From Ministeria vibrans ATCC 50519 (Eukaryota > Protista > Filasterea): 64,000 nucleotides of DNA. The stretch lies in NCBI GenBank assembly GCA_943704425.1, contig CALSCP010000572.1, positions 3,766 to 67,765 on the forward strand. The letters are read 5' to 3'. A program made the position numbers and the translations under genes. How positions within the stretch are numbered: position 1 is the first letter of the stretch; the number at the start of each line of letters is the position of its first letter. Of the stretch, positions 17,327-32,300 are shown in pieces. The notes under the pieces were generated by a model. The model saw only the letters and a list, made by a program, of their open reading frames with translations, ran no database searches and had not been told where the DNA came from.

Positions 17327-20300
17327 ATGTCGAGCGCAATGAGCGCTCAGCTGAGCGCTGATCGCTTGGCGGTGCAGAAGAAAACATTCACCAAGTACGA
17401 CAACTCTTTTGGGCGAAATCTCTCTCTGTCTCTCTTCTCCTTCTCCCTCTCTCCCTCTCTGCTCTTGAAACCCTTCACTCCTTTTCTGCCCAACACTCCC
17501 GCTTGCCTCTGAGAGCCTTCTTCTCCTCTGTGCAATGGGTCAGAATCCGTTTTTGCCCAAAAACCCGAATTAAACCGCCAAACCATCTTCGTGCGCCTCT
17601 ACGTTTCGCACACACCAGCATCCACCCTTCCTTTGGACCCTCCTCCTGCGGCCACCGTCTCTCAGCGTCGTCTTGATTGAGCATTGGACTTTGTTCTGTT
17701 GAGTCAAACACAAAAGTGCGTTTGTCCCAAATTCAGTGGTGCGCTCCTCCTAATCCCCGCCTCAACCCCTCACACACGCTTCATTGACGCCGTAGTGTAT
17801 CGATTGCATCGAATCCCTCCTCCAGAATACTCTCTATCGCTCAGCATTTTTTGCTTTTGCATTATTTTTTTTTTTCAAAAAAAAACGTCATATTGAGAGA
17901 TTATCGCAATATTTTGACTGTTTTGTGTTGTGAAATGTCTTTTTCTTCAGTGTTTTGTGTGTCGAGAAAGGATCGACTGACCTGCCATGCGCTGTTGTTG
18001 TGTAGATGGATGAACATGCAGCTGCGTGGCAAGATTGCTGGGGAGGTATGTTCCTGATTGCGCGCGACCGGACGACTGACTGATTTGTGTTTGTGATTAG
18101 GTGACTGATCTCGTTGACGATCTCAAGGACGGCAAAATGCTGCTGACGCTGCTTGGCATTATCAGCGGTGAGATTGCTCCCCGCCCGGAACGAGGGCGCA
18201 TGCGAGTGCACATGGTGCAGACAGTCCAAAAGGCTCTGGACATGCTCAAGTCCAAAGTGAAACTCGAGAACATTGGTCCCGAGGATATTGTCGACGGAAA
18301 CGAAAAGCTTATTCTTGGTCTCATGTGGACCGTGATTCTTCGCTTTCAAATTCAAGTGAGGCACACCTTTTGTTTCTATTAATTGTGGCGTTCGTTGCAT
18401 CAACTATTAACTTTTCCTTTTCTTCAGGACATTTCCGTCGACGAACTCTCGGCGAAGGAGGCTCTGCTGCTCTGGTGCCAGCGCAAGACAGCGGGCTATC
18501 CCGGTGTAAACGTGCAAGACTTTTCGCGCTCATGGAAGGACGGGCGGGCCTTCAACGCACTCATCCACAAGCACCGGCCTCACCTCATCGACTACGCAGG
18601 GCTGCACGGCCGCGGAAACGCACGCGAGATGCTTCAGAACTCCTTTGATGTACGAAAATGGAAGAGAGGAGAGGAAGAAGAGGAGGAGAAGGAGGGGGGA
18701 GGGGCAGGGAAAACGAAGAGGGGTTTATTTGAGATAGAAAAGGCGGGAGATTGACAACAATAGTGATTGGACTCATTCTTTTTCTTTTCTTTGTTCTCTG
18801 TGGTTCTGTTAGGTGGCGGACCGTTCATTGGGCATCTCCCAACTACTCGACGTGGAGGATTTGGCGGGGGTGGAGAAGCCCGACGAACGTTCAGTCATGA
18901 CCTACGTTGCTGCTTACTACCATTACTTTGTGTCTATGCAACAAGAAGAGGTATTGTATTGGCATGTGTATGTGCATGCGCCTGCATGTGTGTGTATGTA
19001 TGTATAGTGTGTGTGTGTGTACACCTCTTCGACTTGCTCTTGTAGTCACTTTTTTCTTTGGTCCTCTCAGGTGGCGGGAAAGCGTGTCTCGAACATGGTC
19101 GAGTTTGCAGAGGAGATTGAGCGACTGAAACAAGACTATGAGCGACTCGCGACGGACTTACTCTACTGGATCACCATCACATTGGTCAACCTGAACAACA
19201 GAGAGTTCCCCAACTCACTTGACGACGTCCAAAAGGTCCGTTATCGTAGTTGCAGTAATTTTTGAACATGTGCTGAGAGGGGGTTTCTGACCAAACCGCG
19301 AATTTTTTCATTCGTTGTCTTGCTTCAGATTGTTGCTGCTTTCAAGCGCTACCGTACTGTGGAAAAGCCGCCGCGATTTCAAGAGAAAGGGGATCTTGAG
19401 GCACAACACTATGCACTGCAGACCAAACTGCGCTCGCGCGACCGCTCTGCCTATGTGCCACCACAAGGAAAGACACTCACCGACATCAATCGAGAGTGGC
19501 TCAAGCTCGAGGAGGCCGAGCACGAGAAGGTATTTACCCACCAATTATATATATATATATATATATGTACACATAACACTCACTCTCTTCTATGTAGGAA
19601 AAAGCACTTCAAGAGGAACTGCGACGTTTGCAGAAAATGGAACGACTTGCCGAAGTGTTTCACCGCAAAGCAGATCTGCGACTGGCGTGGATTGCACAGA
19701 CGGAGAAGGTGCTGGCGAGCGAGGACTTTGGCTTTGATGTGGCTGCAGTGGAGGCGGCGCAGAGCCAACACGAGGCCATTGTGTCGGACATTCTTGGTCA
19801 TGAGGACCGCATTGAGGTGGTCATCCAGTTGGCAGACGAACTTGATGTGGGTCGCTACCGTGACGAGGTACAAGACACAAAGCTCACGTCTACTGCTTCT
19901 TCTTATTTCTTTCTCTTTCTCTATCACTTTGTTTCTCTTTATCATTTTTTTCTTTCTATCACTTTGTTTCTTTTTCCCTCCCTCTTTTCTTTCTCTCTCT
20001 TTCTCTATCTCTTTCACTACTACAGCAAGGACTGGTCAAGGCCAAGGCAGAGCACATTGAGAGCCGCTGGAGCAAGATTCTAGGCATGCTCAAGGAGCGC
20101 AAGGGCAAGATTGCCGATGCGGTGGAGGTGCGCAAGTTGCACGAAGACATCGACGGCGCAATCAAGGATGTGTGGGAGAAGATTGTCGAGGTCAAGTCGT
20201 TGCCGGACGCCAATGCGGCGGCCGATCTCGACTCGGCCGAAGATACGCGCGAGCTGCTCAAGGCCTCAGAGGCCGATGTGGGCCTGCTTGACGGCGCACT

Positions 20301-23300
20301 GAGTCTGTTGCGTGAGCGTCTCGCACCCTTGGCCGCCGCAAGTCACCCCGAGATGGACGTCTTCAACGAGCGCGTGTCTGTGCTCGAGTCGCAAATCAAG
20401 GTTGCACAAGATTTGTGCACCGAGAAACTCGCGGCGCTCGACGCCGCCGACGAGCTGCTCGCCTACCGTCGCAAGGTCGACGACGAAATGCAATGGCTCA
20501 AGGAGAAGGAGCAGTACTTGCTGGCGGCGGACCAGGGCAAAGATCTCTCGGGCGTCATGTTGCTCCAGAAGAAGCACGTGGCGTTCGAAGAGAGCCTCGC
20601 GGCGCGTCAGTCGCGCTCCATCGTTGGCACGAGTCCGCCGGCCATCGCCAACGACGAAGATCGATCAGTGCGCGCTACGGCCCTCAATGACCTTTGGACC
20701 CACGTCCAGGCGACCTCGTCAAAGCGCAAGACAGCACTCGAGGACGCACTTGCATTGCAAAAAGTGCACACGCAGGCCAACGAATCGGCTGCCTGGCTTG
20801 CACAGCGCGAACTCATCATTGCTGTGGACGATGTCGGCAAGAATGCCGACGCGGTTGCTCTGCAGCTCAAGACCCTGGATGGGATTGACCAGGATTGCCA
20901 GTCCATCTTCAGCGAGATGCTCGCGTCCCTTGGCGCCGCTACCCAGGCGCTCAAGGACAACTCTCATCCGGGCGTCGAACTCGCTCAGAAGCGCCTCGCA
21001 CTTCTGACGAAACGCCTCGCCGACACACGCGAGTGCTCAGTGCAACGCCGTCAACGCCTCGTGAAGGCCAGCGAGCAGTTTGCCTTTGAGCAGGACTGCA
21101 CCGGTCTCGAGTCGTGGATTGGCGACCGTGAAAAGATTGTGGCGGGTCTGCCAGCTCTTCAGGGCGGCACCAGTGACCTCGAGCAGCTCCAGGTGGTCGC
21201 GAAGAAGCTGGAAAATCTCGAGGCGAACATCAGCGCGAGCGAGACGCGTCTCACGGCCATCTCCGACACGGCAACGCGCCTCGCCAACGAGGGGCACCCC
21301 GAAGTGGACACCATCTGTGCACGCGAGCGCGCTTTGCACGCACGCATGGAGTCGCTGCGGGAGTCGGTACACGCCAAGAAGCAGGAACTTGCCGACGCCA
21401 ACGAGACTGCTGCCTTCTTCACCGACGCGGCCGAGTCACTCCATTGGATCGACGAGAAGACGAGCGCCGTCAAGCCTGACGAGGTGGTGCGTGACGCCGG
21501 CAATGTGGACACGTACTCGCGTGCGCACGACACGTTTGCGCGTGACATTGCCGCCGTTGACGACCGCGTCAAGTCCATTGCACGACAGGCCGAGGTGCTT
21601 GCCTTCATTCATCCGAGTGAATCCGAGCTGGTGCGTACCAAGGCACAGGCGGTGCAGGACGCCTGGAAGAATCTCCATCAGAATGCGAGTAGCAAGGACC
21701 TCGCCATTCTCGATGCCAAGGAGCTGCAACGCTTCAATGGCTCGGCCAACACCATTCGCACAAGTTTGCGTCATCTCACGACGCAGGCATCCAGCGATAC
21801 GCTCGCTCACGACCTGGCCGGTGCCGAACAGCTGTTGGACAAGCACAGTGAGAATCGCGAGGAAACCGCCGCCGTTGACGTCAAGATCAAGGCGTGCACT
21901 ACGCTTGGCGAACGTCTTGTGGGCGACGGGCATTTTGCACGCGACGAGATCACGTCGACGCTGGAGACACTCGCGAACGAGCGCAAAGCACTCGAGAATG
22001 CTTGGCAGTCGCGTCAGACGCGTCTCGAACAGTCGCACGCACTGCAACTCTTCCTGGCAGGTGTCAACGAGGTGCAGTCGTGGATCACCAGTGCGCGTGT
22101 AGCTGTCTCGGTCGAGGACGTTGGCGGCTCGATCGACGCCGTGACAGCCAACCTGAAGAAGCACAGCAATTTCGAAAAGGAGATGCACACGCAACATGAG
22201 AAGTTTGATTCGCTGGGTGCCGACAAGGATTCACTCGCGAGCAGCAGCAATGTTGACGCTGAGGAAGGTGCGGCGCGCTACGAGGTGGTCAATGCCGAGT
22301 GGGACACGCTCAAGGCAGCGGCCGCCGAGCGACTGGCGCGTCTCGAGGCCGCCATGCGTTTCCATGAGTTTTCGCGTGATGCCGACGAGGCACGGGCGCT
22401 TATCAAAGAGAAAATGCAAAGGGCGACTGACGAGTGCTACCGCGACCCGACCAACCTGTTGACGAAGAATCAGCAGCAAGAGGCGTTTGAGGCGGAACTC
22501 GACTCGAACCGCGACACAATTGACAAGTTGCGCTCTAACGCTGACGAGCTAGTCGCCCAGAACAACGCTGCAGCGGCCACCATTACCAGTACCATTGAGG
22601 ACGTGACGTCGCGCTGGACAGACTTGCGTGCCAAGTCGGCGGACAAGTCGGCGAAGCTCAAAGAGGCGGCCAAACAACAGTTGTTTGTGCGCAAGGTCGA
22701 GGAACTCTCTGCCTGGATGGACCCTGTGCGTCAGGCGGTGTCATCTGAGGATTACGGCCGCGACCTCTCGTCCACTCAGAATCTTCTCAAGATTCACGGT
22801 CTCACACAAGCGGATGTGGCGGCGCACGTCGGTGACTTTGATGAGATCAAGGAGACTGCACAGCGGTTTGTAGACGAGAAGCACTTTGCCGCTGAGAGCA
22901 TCCAAAAGCGCGCCACGGTTGCTGTCGATGCCTATGCCAAGGTGGTCGAGGCGACGGCCCAGCGCCATGGGCATCTCGAGCACAGCAAGCAGTTCCACGA
23001 GGTGATGGTAGCCGCCGACAGTATCGACACATGGACTCATGACAAGCAGACGCTCGCAACGGCTGACGACGACGACAGCGAACTCGAATCGGTCGAGTTG
23101 CTCCTCAAAAAATTTAACAACTTTTCAAACGATCTGCTGGCGAATCGTCAGCGCATGGACAATGCGCTGGCGCTCGCCGACAAGCGCATTAGCGAGTCTC
23201 ACCCGCGCGCCATTGAGATTGGCGAGCGTCGTGCCAAGGTGCAGAGTGCGTGGGAATCGCTGGAGTCGACCATCAAGGCACGGCTGGTGGCGCTCGAGGA

Positions 23301-26300
23301 GAAGCGCAAGGCGCTCGCGTTTGTCAAGGACACGGACGCGGCACAGCGACGCATTGGCCACAAGACGGACGAAGCTTCTATCGAAGACCTCGGCTCGTCG
23401 GTAGAGTCCACCGAAGCACTCAGCAAACAACATTTTGTGGTGGAACGCGACGTGGCCGCCATCGAGGAGAAAGTCAAGACGCTGATGGGCACGGCCAAAT
23501 CTCTCGCCGTCGAGTGTCCTAATCACGATTCACTCGTGCGTGACTCAATGAGCGGCGTTGAAACCAACCTGGCGGCTCTCAAGAACACGTCTGCGGCGCG
23601 TCGTACTCGTCTTGACAGTGCTATTGAACTGCAGCAATTTCTTCGCGATCAACGCAACACACTGGACACGGTGCAAGACACCCAGACGCTCGTGTCGTCC
23701 GAGGAGCTTGCCGAGGACTTGTCTTCGGCGGAGGCAATGCTTGAGAAGCACAGCGAGCACAAGTCGACGATGGATGCTGTGTCGGTGAGTGTCAAGGACG
23801 TTGTGGCGCAAGGGCAGGCGTTGATTGCGGCGGAGCACTTTGCGCGCGATCGCATTGACGAGGGCATCGAGGAGCTTGCCGACGGCGAGAAGCAGATGCA
23901 GCAGTTGTGGCAGGATCGCCAGCGGGTGTTGGAGCAGTGTCGCGAGTTGCACACGTTCCAGCGCGATGGGCTTGCACTGGAAAACTGGATGGGGAGTGCG
24001 GAGACGTTCCTGTCGAATGCGGATGTAGGCGAGTCGTATGCGGGCGTGGAGTTGCTGATGAAGAAATACGACGAGTTTGTGAAGACGATGCCTGTGCACG
24101 AGGGGAAGCTGCAGGGTGTGGAGGAGCATGGGGCGCGTCTGGTGTCGTGTGAGGGCGGCCACTATGCAAGTGAGCGGATCACGGAGCGACAGAGTGCGTT
24201 GCGTGGGCAGTGGCGTGCGCTGGAGCAGCTAAGCGAGTCGCGACGACAGCGTCTGGTGGACTCGATGCAGTTGCAGGCGTTCTTCCGGGATGCGACGGAG
24301 GCGGACGTGTGGGTGGCGGAGAAGATGAAGACGGCGACGGACGAGTCGTTCCGTGATCCCACCAATCTGGTTGTGAAGGTGAAGCAGCACGAGGCCTTTG
24401 AAGCGGAGGTGTCGGCGAACAAGTCGCGCATTGACAACGTGAGCAAGGGTGGACAGGCGTTGGTGGATGTGGAGCACTATGCGACGGAGGAGGTACAGCA
24501 GCGCATGTCGCAAGTCGAAGCCAACTACGCGGAACTCGTGGAGGCGAGCAAGGTGAAGACGCAAATGTTGCGGGAAGCGACTGAAGCACAACAATTCTAC
24601 CGCGATGTGGCGGACGTGTTGTCATGGACAAAGGAAGTGATGGTTCCGTTGACGACGGGTGAGTTTGGCAGTGATCTGACGGCGACGCAAGACATGCTGA
24701 AGAAGCAACAGGTGGCCGAGGTTGACATTGCCGCTCACAACGAGCCGGTCGCTGCGTTGTGTTCGCAAGGGGCAGCGTACGAGGATGCAGGCAACTTTGA
24801 CCAAGTGTCGATTGAGGCGAAGCGCGAAGAGCTTGAGGAAGCTGTGATGGCTGTGAAGCGAGCTGCAGCAAACCGTCGTACGGGTCTTGAGAATGCAGAG
24901 AAGTTGCACCAGTTCAATCGTGAGGCGGCGGAAGTGGAGTCGTACCTGTCGGAGAAGGCTGCAATCGCACAGGCGGATGCAGACACCCAGGGCATTGGCA
25001 AGGTGGAGATGCTGCAGAAGAAGTTTGACGACTTTCAAAACGACCTGGGCGCCAACGAGGACCGCGTGCAGGCGGTGGTGGCATTGGCACATCGTCGCGG
25101 CAACGAGGGACATCCCGAGAGCGACGCCATGAAGAACCGGGCGGACGCGATTGTGAGCACGTTTGAAGAGCTGAAGGGGCTGGCTTTGACGAAGAAGGGA
25201 TCGCTTTCCGACGACCGTGAGGTTCAGGTGTTTGACCGCGACGCGGACGACACCATCGCGCGCATCCAGGAGAAGCTGACGGCCGTGTCGAGTGATGACT
25301 ATGGCACGGACATTGAAAGTGTGGCTGCGTTGCAGCGGAAGCACGACGACGACGAACGTGAGATTGACGCGGTGGCCGAAAAGGTGCGTGCGCTCGGCGG
25401 TGCTGTCGACGAACTGAGTGGGAAGGAGCGGTCACCGGGAGCTGTGAAACGACGACACGACGAGACCGCATCGCAGATGGAGCAATTGCTGGCTCAGGCG
25501 GCGCAGCGCAAACGGAAGCTTGCGGATTCGATGGACTTGCAACGCTTCTTGAGCGACGCGCGAGATAATGTTGCTTGGATTGGCGACATGGACATGCGTG
25601 GCTCGTCGAATGAGCTACCAGTGGATCTCTCGGCGGCCGAAGCCGCCTTGGTCGCGCACAAGGAGTACCGTGGCGATATTGATGCTGGCAAAGGAGTGGT
25701 CGACACGACGTGCGCCACTGGTCAGAAGCTCATCGATGCCGACCACTACGCTGCAGAGCAGATTGAGGCGACTATGGACGAGCTTCAGTCGAAGATGACA
25801 CACGTCAATGATCAGTGGCACCAGCGCAACGCTCAGCTGACGCAATGCCGCGACCTGCACGCATTTAACCGAGAGATTGATCTTATTGGCGATTGGACTG
25901 CCAAGGCGGCGGTGTTCTTCAACAACGCCGATTTGGGGGACTCCATTACGGCCGTGGATAATCTCATCAAGAAGTACGACGAGTTTGTGAGCAAGATGCC
26001 TGCGCAAGATGTCAAGGTGAAGGCGCTGGAGGAGCACGCGGAGACACTAGTGGACGCGGGCCATTACGACAGTGAGGGTATCACTGAAACGGTGGACAAG
26101 ACGCTGGAAGACTGGGCGGCGTTGAAGGAGACGGCCAAGACGCGACAAGCGCAGCTGACGGACTCTCTGAAGCTGCAGCAGTTTTACCGACAGGCGGCCG
26201 AGGCGGACGCGTGGGTGGCGGAGAAGATGAAGCCGGCGACGGACGAGTCGTTCCGCGACCCAACGAATCTGGCGGTGAAGGTGCAGAAGCACGATGTGTT

Positions 26301-29300
26301 CAATGCAGAGGTTGGTGCGAATCGATCGCGCATTGATGGCGTGAAAAGCACAGGCCAGGCATTGGTGAACGCCGAGCACTATGCGAGCGACGACGTGTCG
26401 GCGCGCATGGACCAGGTGGCGCTGAACTACGAGATGCTTGTGGGAGAGAGCGACAAAAAGAGCCAGGGACTGCGGGAGGCGACGGAGGCGCAGCAGTTCT
26501 TCCGCGATGTGGCGGATGTTGAGTCGTGGGCCAAGGAGGTGATGGTGCCGCTGTCGGTGGACGACTTTGGCAGTGATCTGACGGCGACGCAAGACATGCT
26601 GAAGAAGCAGCAAGTGGCGGAGGCGGACATTGTGGCGCACAGCGAGCCTGTGGCTGCGCTGAGTGGACAGGGTGCCGGGTATGTGAGTGGGGGCAACTTT
26701 GACAAGGAGACGATAGAGGAGAAGCGCAAGGGGCTGGAGAAGACGTATGGAGCGGTGAAGCAGGCGGCGGCGGAGCGTCGGGAGGCGCTGGAGAACGCGG
26801 AGAAGCTGCACCAGTTTAATCGGGAGGCGGGCGAGGTGGAGTCGTGGATTGCGGAGAAGGAGGCGATTGCGACCGCGGCGGCGGACACGTCGGACATCGA
26901 GAAGGTGGAGGCGCTGCAGAAGAAGTTTGACAGCCTGCAGAATGACCTGGGTGCGAATGAGGATCGCGTGAAGGCTGTGGTGGCGCTTGCCGAGGAGCGT
27001 GTGAGCGAGGGTCACCCGCATAGCGATGCGATGGTACAACGTGCAGGTGCATTGGAGGGTCATTTTGAGAAGCTGAAGGAGGCCGCCAACGATAAGCGAT
27101 CGCAGTTTGCCGACTGTCGTGATGTACTCTTGCTTGAGCGTGACGCCGACGAAACTGTGCAGCGCATTGGCGACAAGATGTTGACCATGGAATCGGGCGA
27201 GTACGGCACGGACGTGGACAGCGTGGAAGCGTTGCGTCGCAAACACGACGACGACGAGCGTGATGTCGCTGCCATTCGTGAGAAAGTCAGCAAGTTGGAA
27301 GAGTCAGCACAGACTCTCGCTGCTGCCAAGCCTGACTTTGCAGACTCAATCAATGCGCAGCACGACGATGCTGCGGCGGCTCTGGCCAAGTTGCAGGCAG
27401 CGTCGGCGGCGCGTCGCAAGCGTCTTGATGACACCCTTGCGTCCGAGCGCTGGTTCCGTGACCAGCGTCACACGATGGGCACGGTGCAAGATACCCAGAC
27501 GCTCGTGTCGTCCGAGGAGCTTGCCGAGGACTTGTCTTCGGCGGAGGCAATGCTTGAGAAGCACAGCGAGCACAAGTCGACGATGGATGCTGTGTCGGTG
27601 AGTGTCAAGGACGTTGTGGCGCAAGGGCAGGCGTTGATTGCGGCGGAGCACTTTGCGCGCGATCGCATTGACGAGGGCATCGAGGAGCTTGTCGACGGCG
27701 AGAAGCAGATGCAGCAGTTGTGGCAGGATCGCCAGCGGGTGTTGGAGCAGTGTCGCGAGTTGCACACGTTCCAGCGCGATGGGCTTGCACTGGAAAACTG
27801 GATGGGGAGTGCGGAGACGTTCCTGTCGAATGCGGATGTAGGCGAGTCGTATGCGGGCGTGGAGTTGCTGATGAAGAAGTACGACGAGTTTGTGAAGACG
27901 ATGCCTGTGCACGAGGGGAAGCTGCAGGGTGTGGAGGAGCATGGGGCGCGTCTGGTGTCGTGTGAGGGCGGCCACTATGCAAGTGAGCGGATCACGGAGC
28001 GACAGAGTGCGTTGCGTGGGCAGTGGCGTGCGCTGGAGCAGCTAAGCGAGTCGCGACGACAGCGTCTGGTGGACTCGATGCAGTTGCAGGCGTTCTTCCG
28101 GGATGCGACGGAGGCGGACGTGTGGGTGGCGGAGAAGATGAAGACGGCGACGGATGAGTCGTTCCGTNNNNNNNNNGACAGCGTCTGGTGGACTCGATGC
28201 AGTTGCAGGCGTTCTTCCGGGATGCGACGGAGGCGGACGTGTGGGTGGCGGAGAAGATGAAGACGGCGACGGATGAGTCGTTCCGTGATCCCACCAATCT
28301 GGTTGTGAAGGTGAAGCAGCACGAGGCCTTTGAAGCGGAGGTGTCGGCGAACAAGTCGCGCATTGACAACGTGAGCAAGGGTGGACAGGCGTTGGTGGAT
28401 GTGGAGCACTATGCGACGGAGGAGGTACAGCAGCGCATGTCGCAAGTCGAAGCCAACTACGCGGAACTCGTGGAGGCGAGCAAGGTGAAAGCTCAAGTAC
28501 TTCACGAAGCGACTGAAGCACAACAATTCTACCGCGATGTGGCGGACGTGTTGTCATGGACAAAGGAAGTGATGGTTCCGTTGACGACGGGTGAGTTTGG
28601 CAGTGATCTGACGGCGACGCAAGACATGCTGAAGAAGCAACAGGTGGCCGAGGTTGACATTGCCGCTCACAACGAGCCAGTCGCTGCGTTGTGTTCGCAA
28701 GGGGCAGCGTACGAGGATGCAGGCAACTTTGACCAAGTGTCGATTGAGGCGAAGCGCGAAGAGCTTGAGGAAGCTGTGATGGCTGTGAAGCGAGCTGCAG
28801 CAAACCGTCGTACGGGTCTTGAGAATGCAGAGAAGTTGCACCAGTTCAATCGTGAGGCGGCGGAAGTGGAGTCGTACCTGTCGGAGAAGGCTGCAATCGC
28901 ACAGGCGGATGCAGACACCCAGGGCATCGACAAGGTGGAGATGCTGCAGAAGAAGTTTGACGACTTTCAAAACGACCTGGGCGCCAACGAGGACCGCGTG
29001 CAGGCGGTGGTGGCATTGGCACATCGTCGCGGCAACGAGGGACATCCCGAGAGCGACGCCATGAAGAACCGGGCGGACGCGATTGTGAGCACGTTTGAAG
29101 AGCTGAAGGGGCTGGCTTTGACGAAGAAGGGATCGCTTTCCGACGACCGTGAGGTTCAGGTGTTTGACCGCGACGCGGACGACACCATCGCGCGCATCCA
29201 GGAGAAGCTGACGGCCGTGTCGAGTGATGACTATGGTACGGGCATTGAAAGTGTGGCTGCGTTGCAGCGAAAGCACGAGACGGACGAGCGTGAGATTGCC

Positions 29301-32300
29301 GCCATTGGCGAGAAGGTCAAGGCCATGGCAGCCCAGAATGCGGCATTGGCTGTGCAAGTGCCGTCAAAAGAAGAGTCGCTGCAGTTAAAACAAGATGAAG
29401 TGAACCAGCTCATGCAGGAGCTTGAGACACAAGCGGCGCAGCGCAAGCAGACACTCGCCGATTCGATGGATTTGCAACGCTTTTTGCGTGACTTCCGCGA
29501 GCAAAAATCGTGGTGTGCCGACATGACGGTGCGTGGCTCATCGAAGGAGCTGCCAGCGGATTTGACAGTGGCCGAGCGCGCTCTGCTGACGCACGGCGAG
29601 TTCAAGGGCGATGTTACTGCTGGCATTGCCAAGGTGGACTCAGTCATTGTCACGGGTGAAGGTCTGGTCCGTGCCGACCACTATGCTGCAGACGAGATCC
29701 AGCCGTGTATTGACGTGCTTCAGAGCGAACGCCAGGCTTTGTTGGATTTGTGGGACCAGCGCAACGCTCAGCTGACGCAATGCCGCGACCTGCACGCATT
29801 TAACCGAGAGATTGATCTTATTGGCGATTGGACTGCCAAGGCGGCGGTGTTCTTCAACAACGCCGATTTGGGGGACTCCATTACGGCCGTGGATAATCTC
29901 ATCAAGAAGTACGACGAGTTTGTGAGCAAGATGCCTGCGCAAGATGTCAAGGTGAAGGCGCTGGAGGAGCACGCGGAGACACTAGTGGACGCGGGCCATT
30001 ACGACAGTGAGGGTATCACTGAAACGGTGGACAAGACGCTGGAAGACTGGGCGGCGTTGAAGGAGACGGCCAAGACGCGACAAGCGCAGCTGACGGACTC
30101 ACTGAAGCTGCAGCAGTTTTACCGACAGGCGGCCGAGGCGGACGCGTGGGTGGCGGAGAAGATGAAGCCGGCGACGGACGAGTCGTTCCGCGACCCAACG
30201 AATCTGGCGGTGAAGGTGCAGAAGCACGATGTGTTCAATGCAGAGGTTGGTGCGAATCGATCGCGCATTGATGGCGTGAAAAGCACAGGCCAGGCATTGG
30301 TGAACGCCGAGCACTATGCGAGCGACGATGTGTCGGCGCGCATGGACCAGGTAGCGCTGAACTACGAGATGCTTGTGGGAGAGAGCGACAAAAAGAGCCA
30401 GGGACTGCGGGAGGCGACGGAGGCGCAGCAGTTCTTCCGCGATGTGGCGGATGTTGAGTCGTGGGCCAAGGAGGTGATGGTGCCGCTGTCGGTGGACGAC
30501 TTTGGCAGTGATCTGACGGCGACGCAAGACATGCTGAAGAAGCAGCAAGTGGCGGAGGCGGACATTGTGGCGCACAGCGAGCCTGTGGCTGCGCTGAGTG
30601 GACAGGGTGCCGGGTATGTGAGTGGGGGCAACTTTGACAAGGAGACGATTGAGGAGAAGCGCAAGGGGCTGGAGAAGACGTATGGAGCGGTGAAGCAGGC
30701 GGCGGCGGAGCGTCGGAAGGCGCTGGAGAACGCGGAGAAGCTGCACCAGTTTAATCGGGAGGCGGGCGAGGTGGAGTCGTGGATTGCGGAGAAGGAGGCG
30801 ATTGCGACCGCGGCGGCGGACACGTCGGACATCGAGAAGGTGGAGGCGCTGCAGAAGAAGTTTGACAGCCTGCAGAATGACCTGGGTGCGAATGAGGATC
30901 GCGTGAAGGCTGTGGTGGCGCTTGCCGAGGAGCGTGTGAGTGAGGGTCACCCGCATAGCGATGCGATGGTACAACGTGCAGGTGCATTGGAGGGTCATTT
31001 TGAGAAGCTCAAGGAGACCGCCAACGATAAGCGATCGCAGTTTGCCGACTGTCGTGATGTACTCTTGCTTGAGCGTGACGCCGACGAAACTGTGCAGCGC
31101 ATTGGCGACAAGATGTTGACCATGGAATCGGGCGAGTACGGCACGGACGTGGACAGCGTGGAAGCGTTGCGTCGCAAACACGATGACGACGAGCGTGATG
31201 TCGCTGCCATTCGTGAGAAAGTCAGCAAGTTGGAAGAGTCAGCACAGACTCTCGCTGCTGCCAAGCCTGACTTTGCAGACTCAATCAATGCGCAGCACGA
31301 CGATGCTGCGGCGGCGCTGGCCAAGTTGCAGGCAGCGTCGGCGGCGCGTCGCAAGCGTCTTGATGACACCCTTGCGTCCGAGCGCTGGTTCCGTGACCAG
31401 CGTCACACGATGGGCACGGTGCAAGATACCCAGACGCTCGTGTCGTCCGAGGAGCTTGCCGAGGACTTGTCTTCGGCGGAGGCGATGCTTGAGAAGCACA
31501 GCGAGCACAAGTCGACGATGGATGCTGTGTCGGTGAGTGTCAAGGACGTTGTGGCGCAAGGGCAGGCGTTGATTGCGGCGGAGCACTTTGCGCGCGATCG
31601 CATTGACGAGGGCATCGAGGAGCTTGTCGACGGCGAGAAGCAGATGCAGCAGTTGTGGCAGGATCGCCAGCGGGTGTTGGAGCAGTGTCGCGAGTTGCAC
31701 ACGTTCCAGCGCGATGGGCTTGCACTGGAAAACTGGATGGGGAGTGCGGAGACGTTCCTGTCGAATGCGGATGTAGGCGAGTCGTATGCGGGCGTGGAGT
31801 TGCTGATGAAGAAGTACGACGAGTTTGTGAAGACGATGCCTGTGCACGAGGGGAAGCTGCAGGGTGTGGAGGAGCATGGGGCGCGTCTGGTGTCGTGTGA
31901 GGGCGGCCACTATGCAAGTGAGCGGATCACGGAGCGACAGAGTGCGTTGCGTGGGCAGTGGCGTGCGCTGGAGCAGCTAAGCGAGTCGCGACGACAGCGT
32001 CTGGTGGACTCGATGCAGTTGCAGGCGTTCTTCCGGGATGCGACGGAGGCGGACGTGTGGGTGGCGGAGAAGATGAAGACGGCGACGGACGAGTCGTTCC
32101 GCGACCCGAAGAACCTCGAGGCAAAGATGAGTGACCACGATGTGTTTGAAGCGGAGGTGGCGGCACACAAAAGCAGCGTGGAGAAACTCGAGATGGCGGC
32201 GTCAGAAATCAAGGGTGACATTGTCGATTCGGCGGAGCGCGTGGATCCGCGTGTCAGTGCGACGCAAGCGGCGTACGCGTCGCTTGTGGAGGCGACTGAC

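Noticed and set aside
28058-28286. Apparent frameshift splitting the spectrin into 2724-aa and 3229-aa ORFs (pseudogene, programmed frameshift or two genes)
   Set aside because: The break coincides with 9 Ns flanked by the same 110 nt; collapsing the overlap restores the frame exactly as in the upstream copy. It is kept only as a caveat for the fusion claim.
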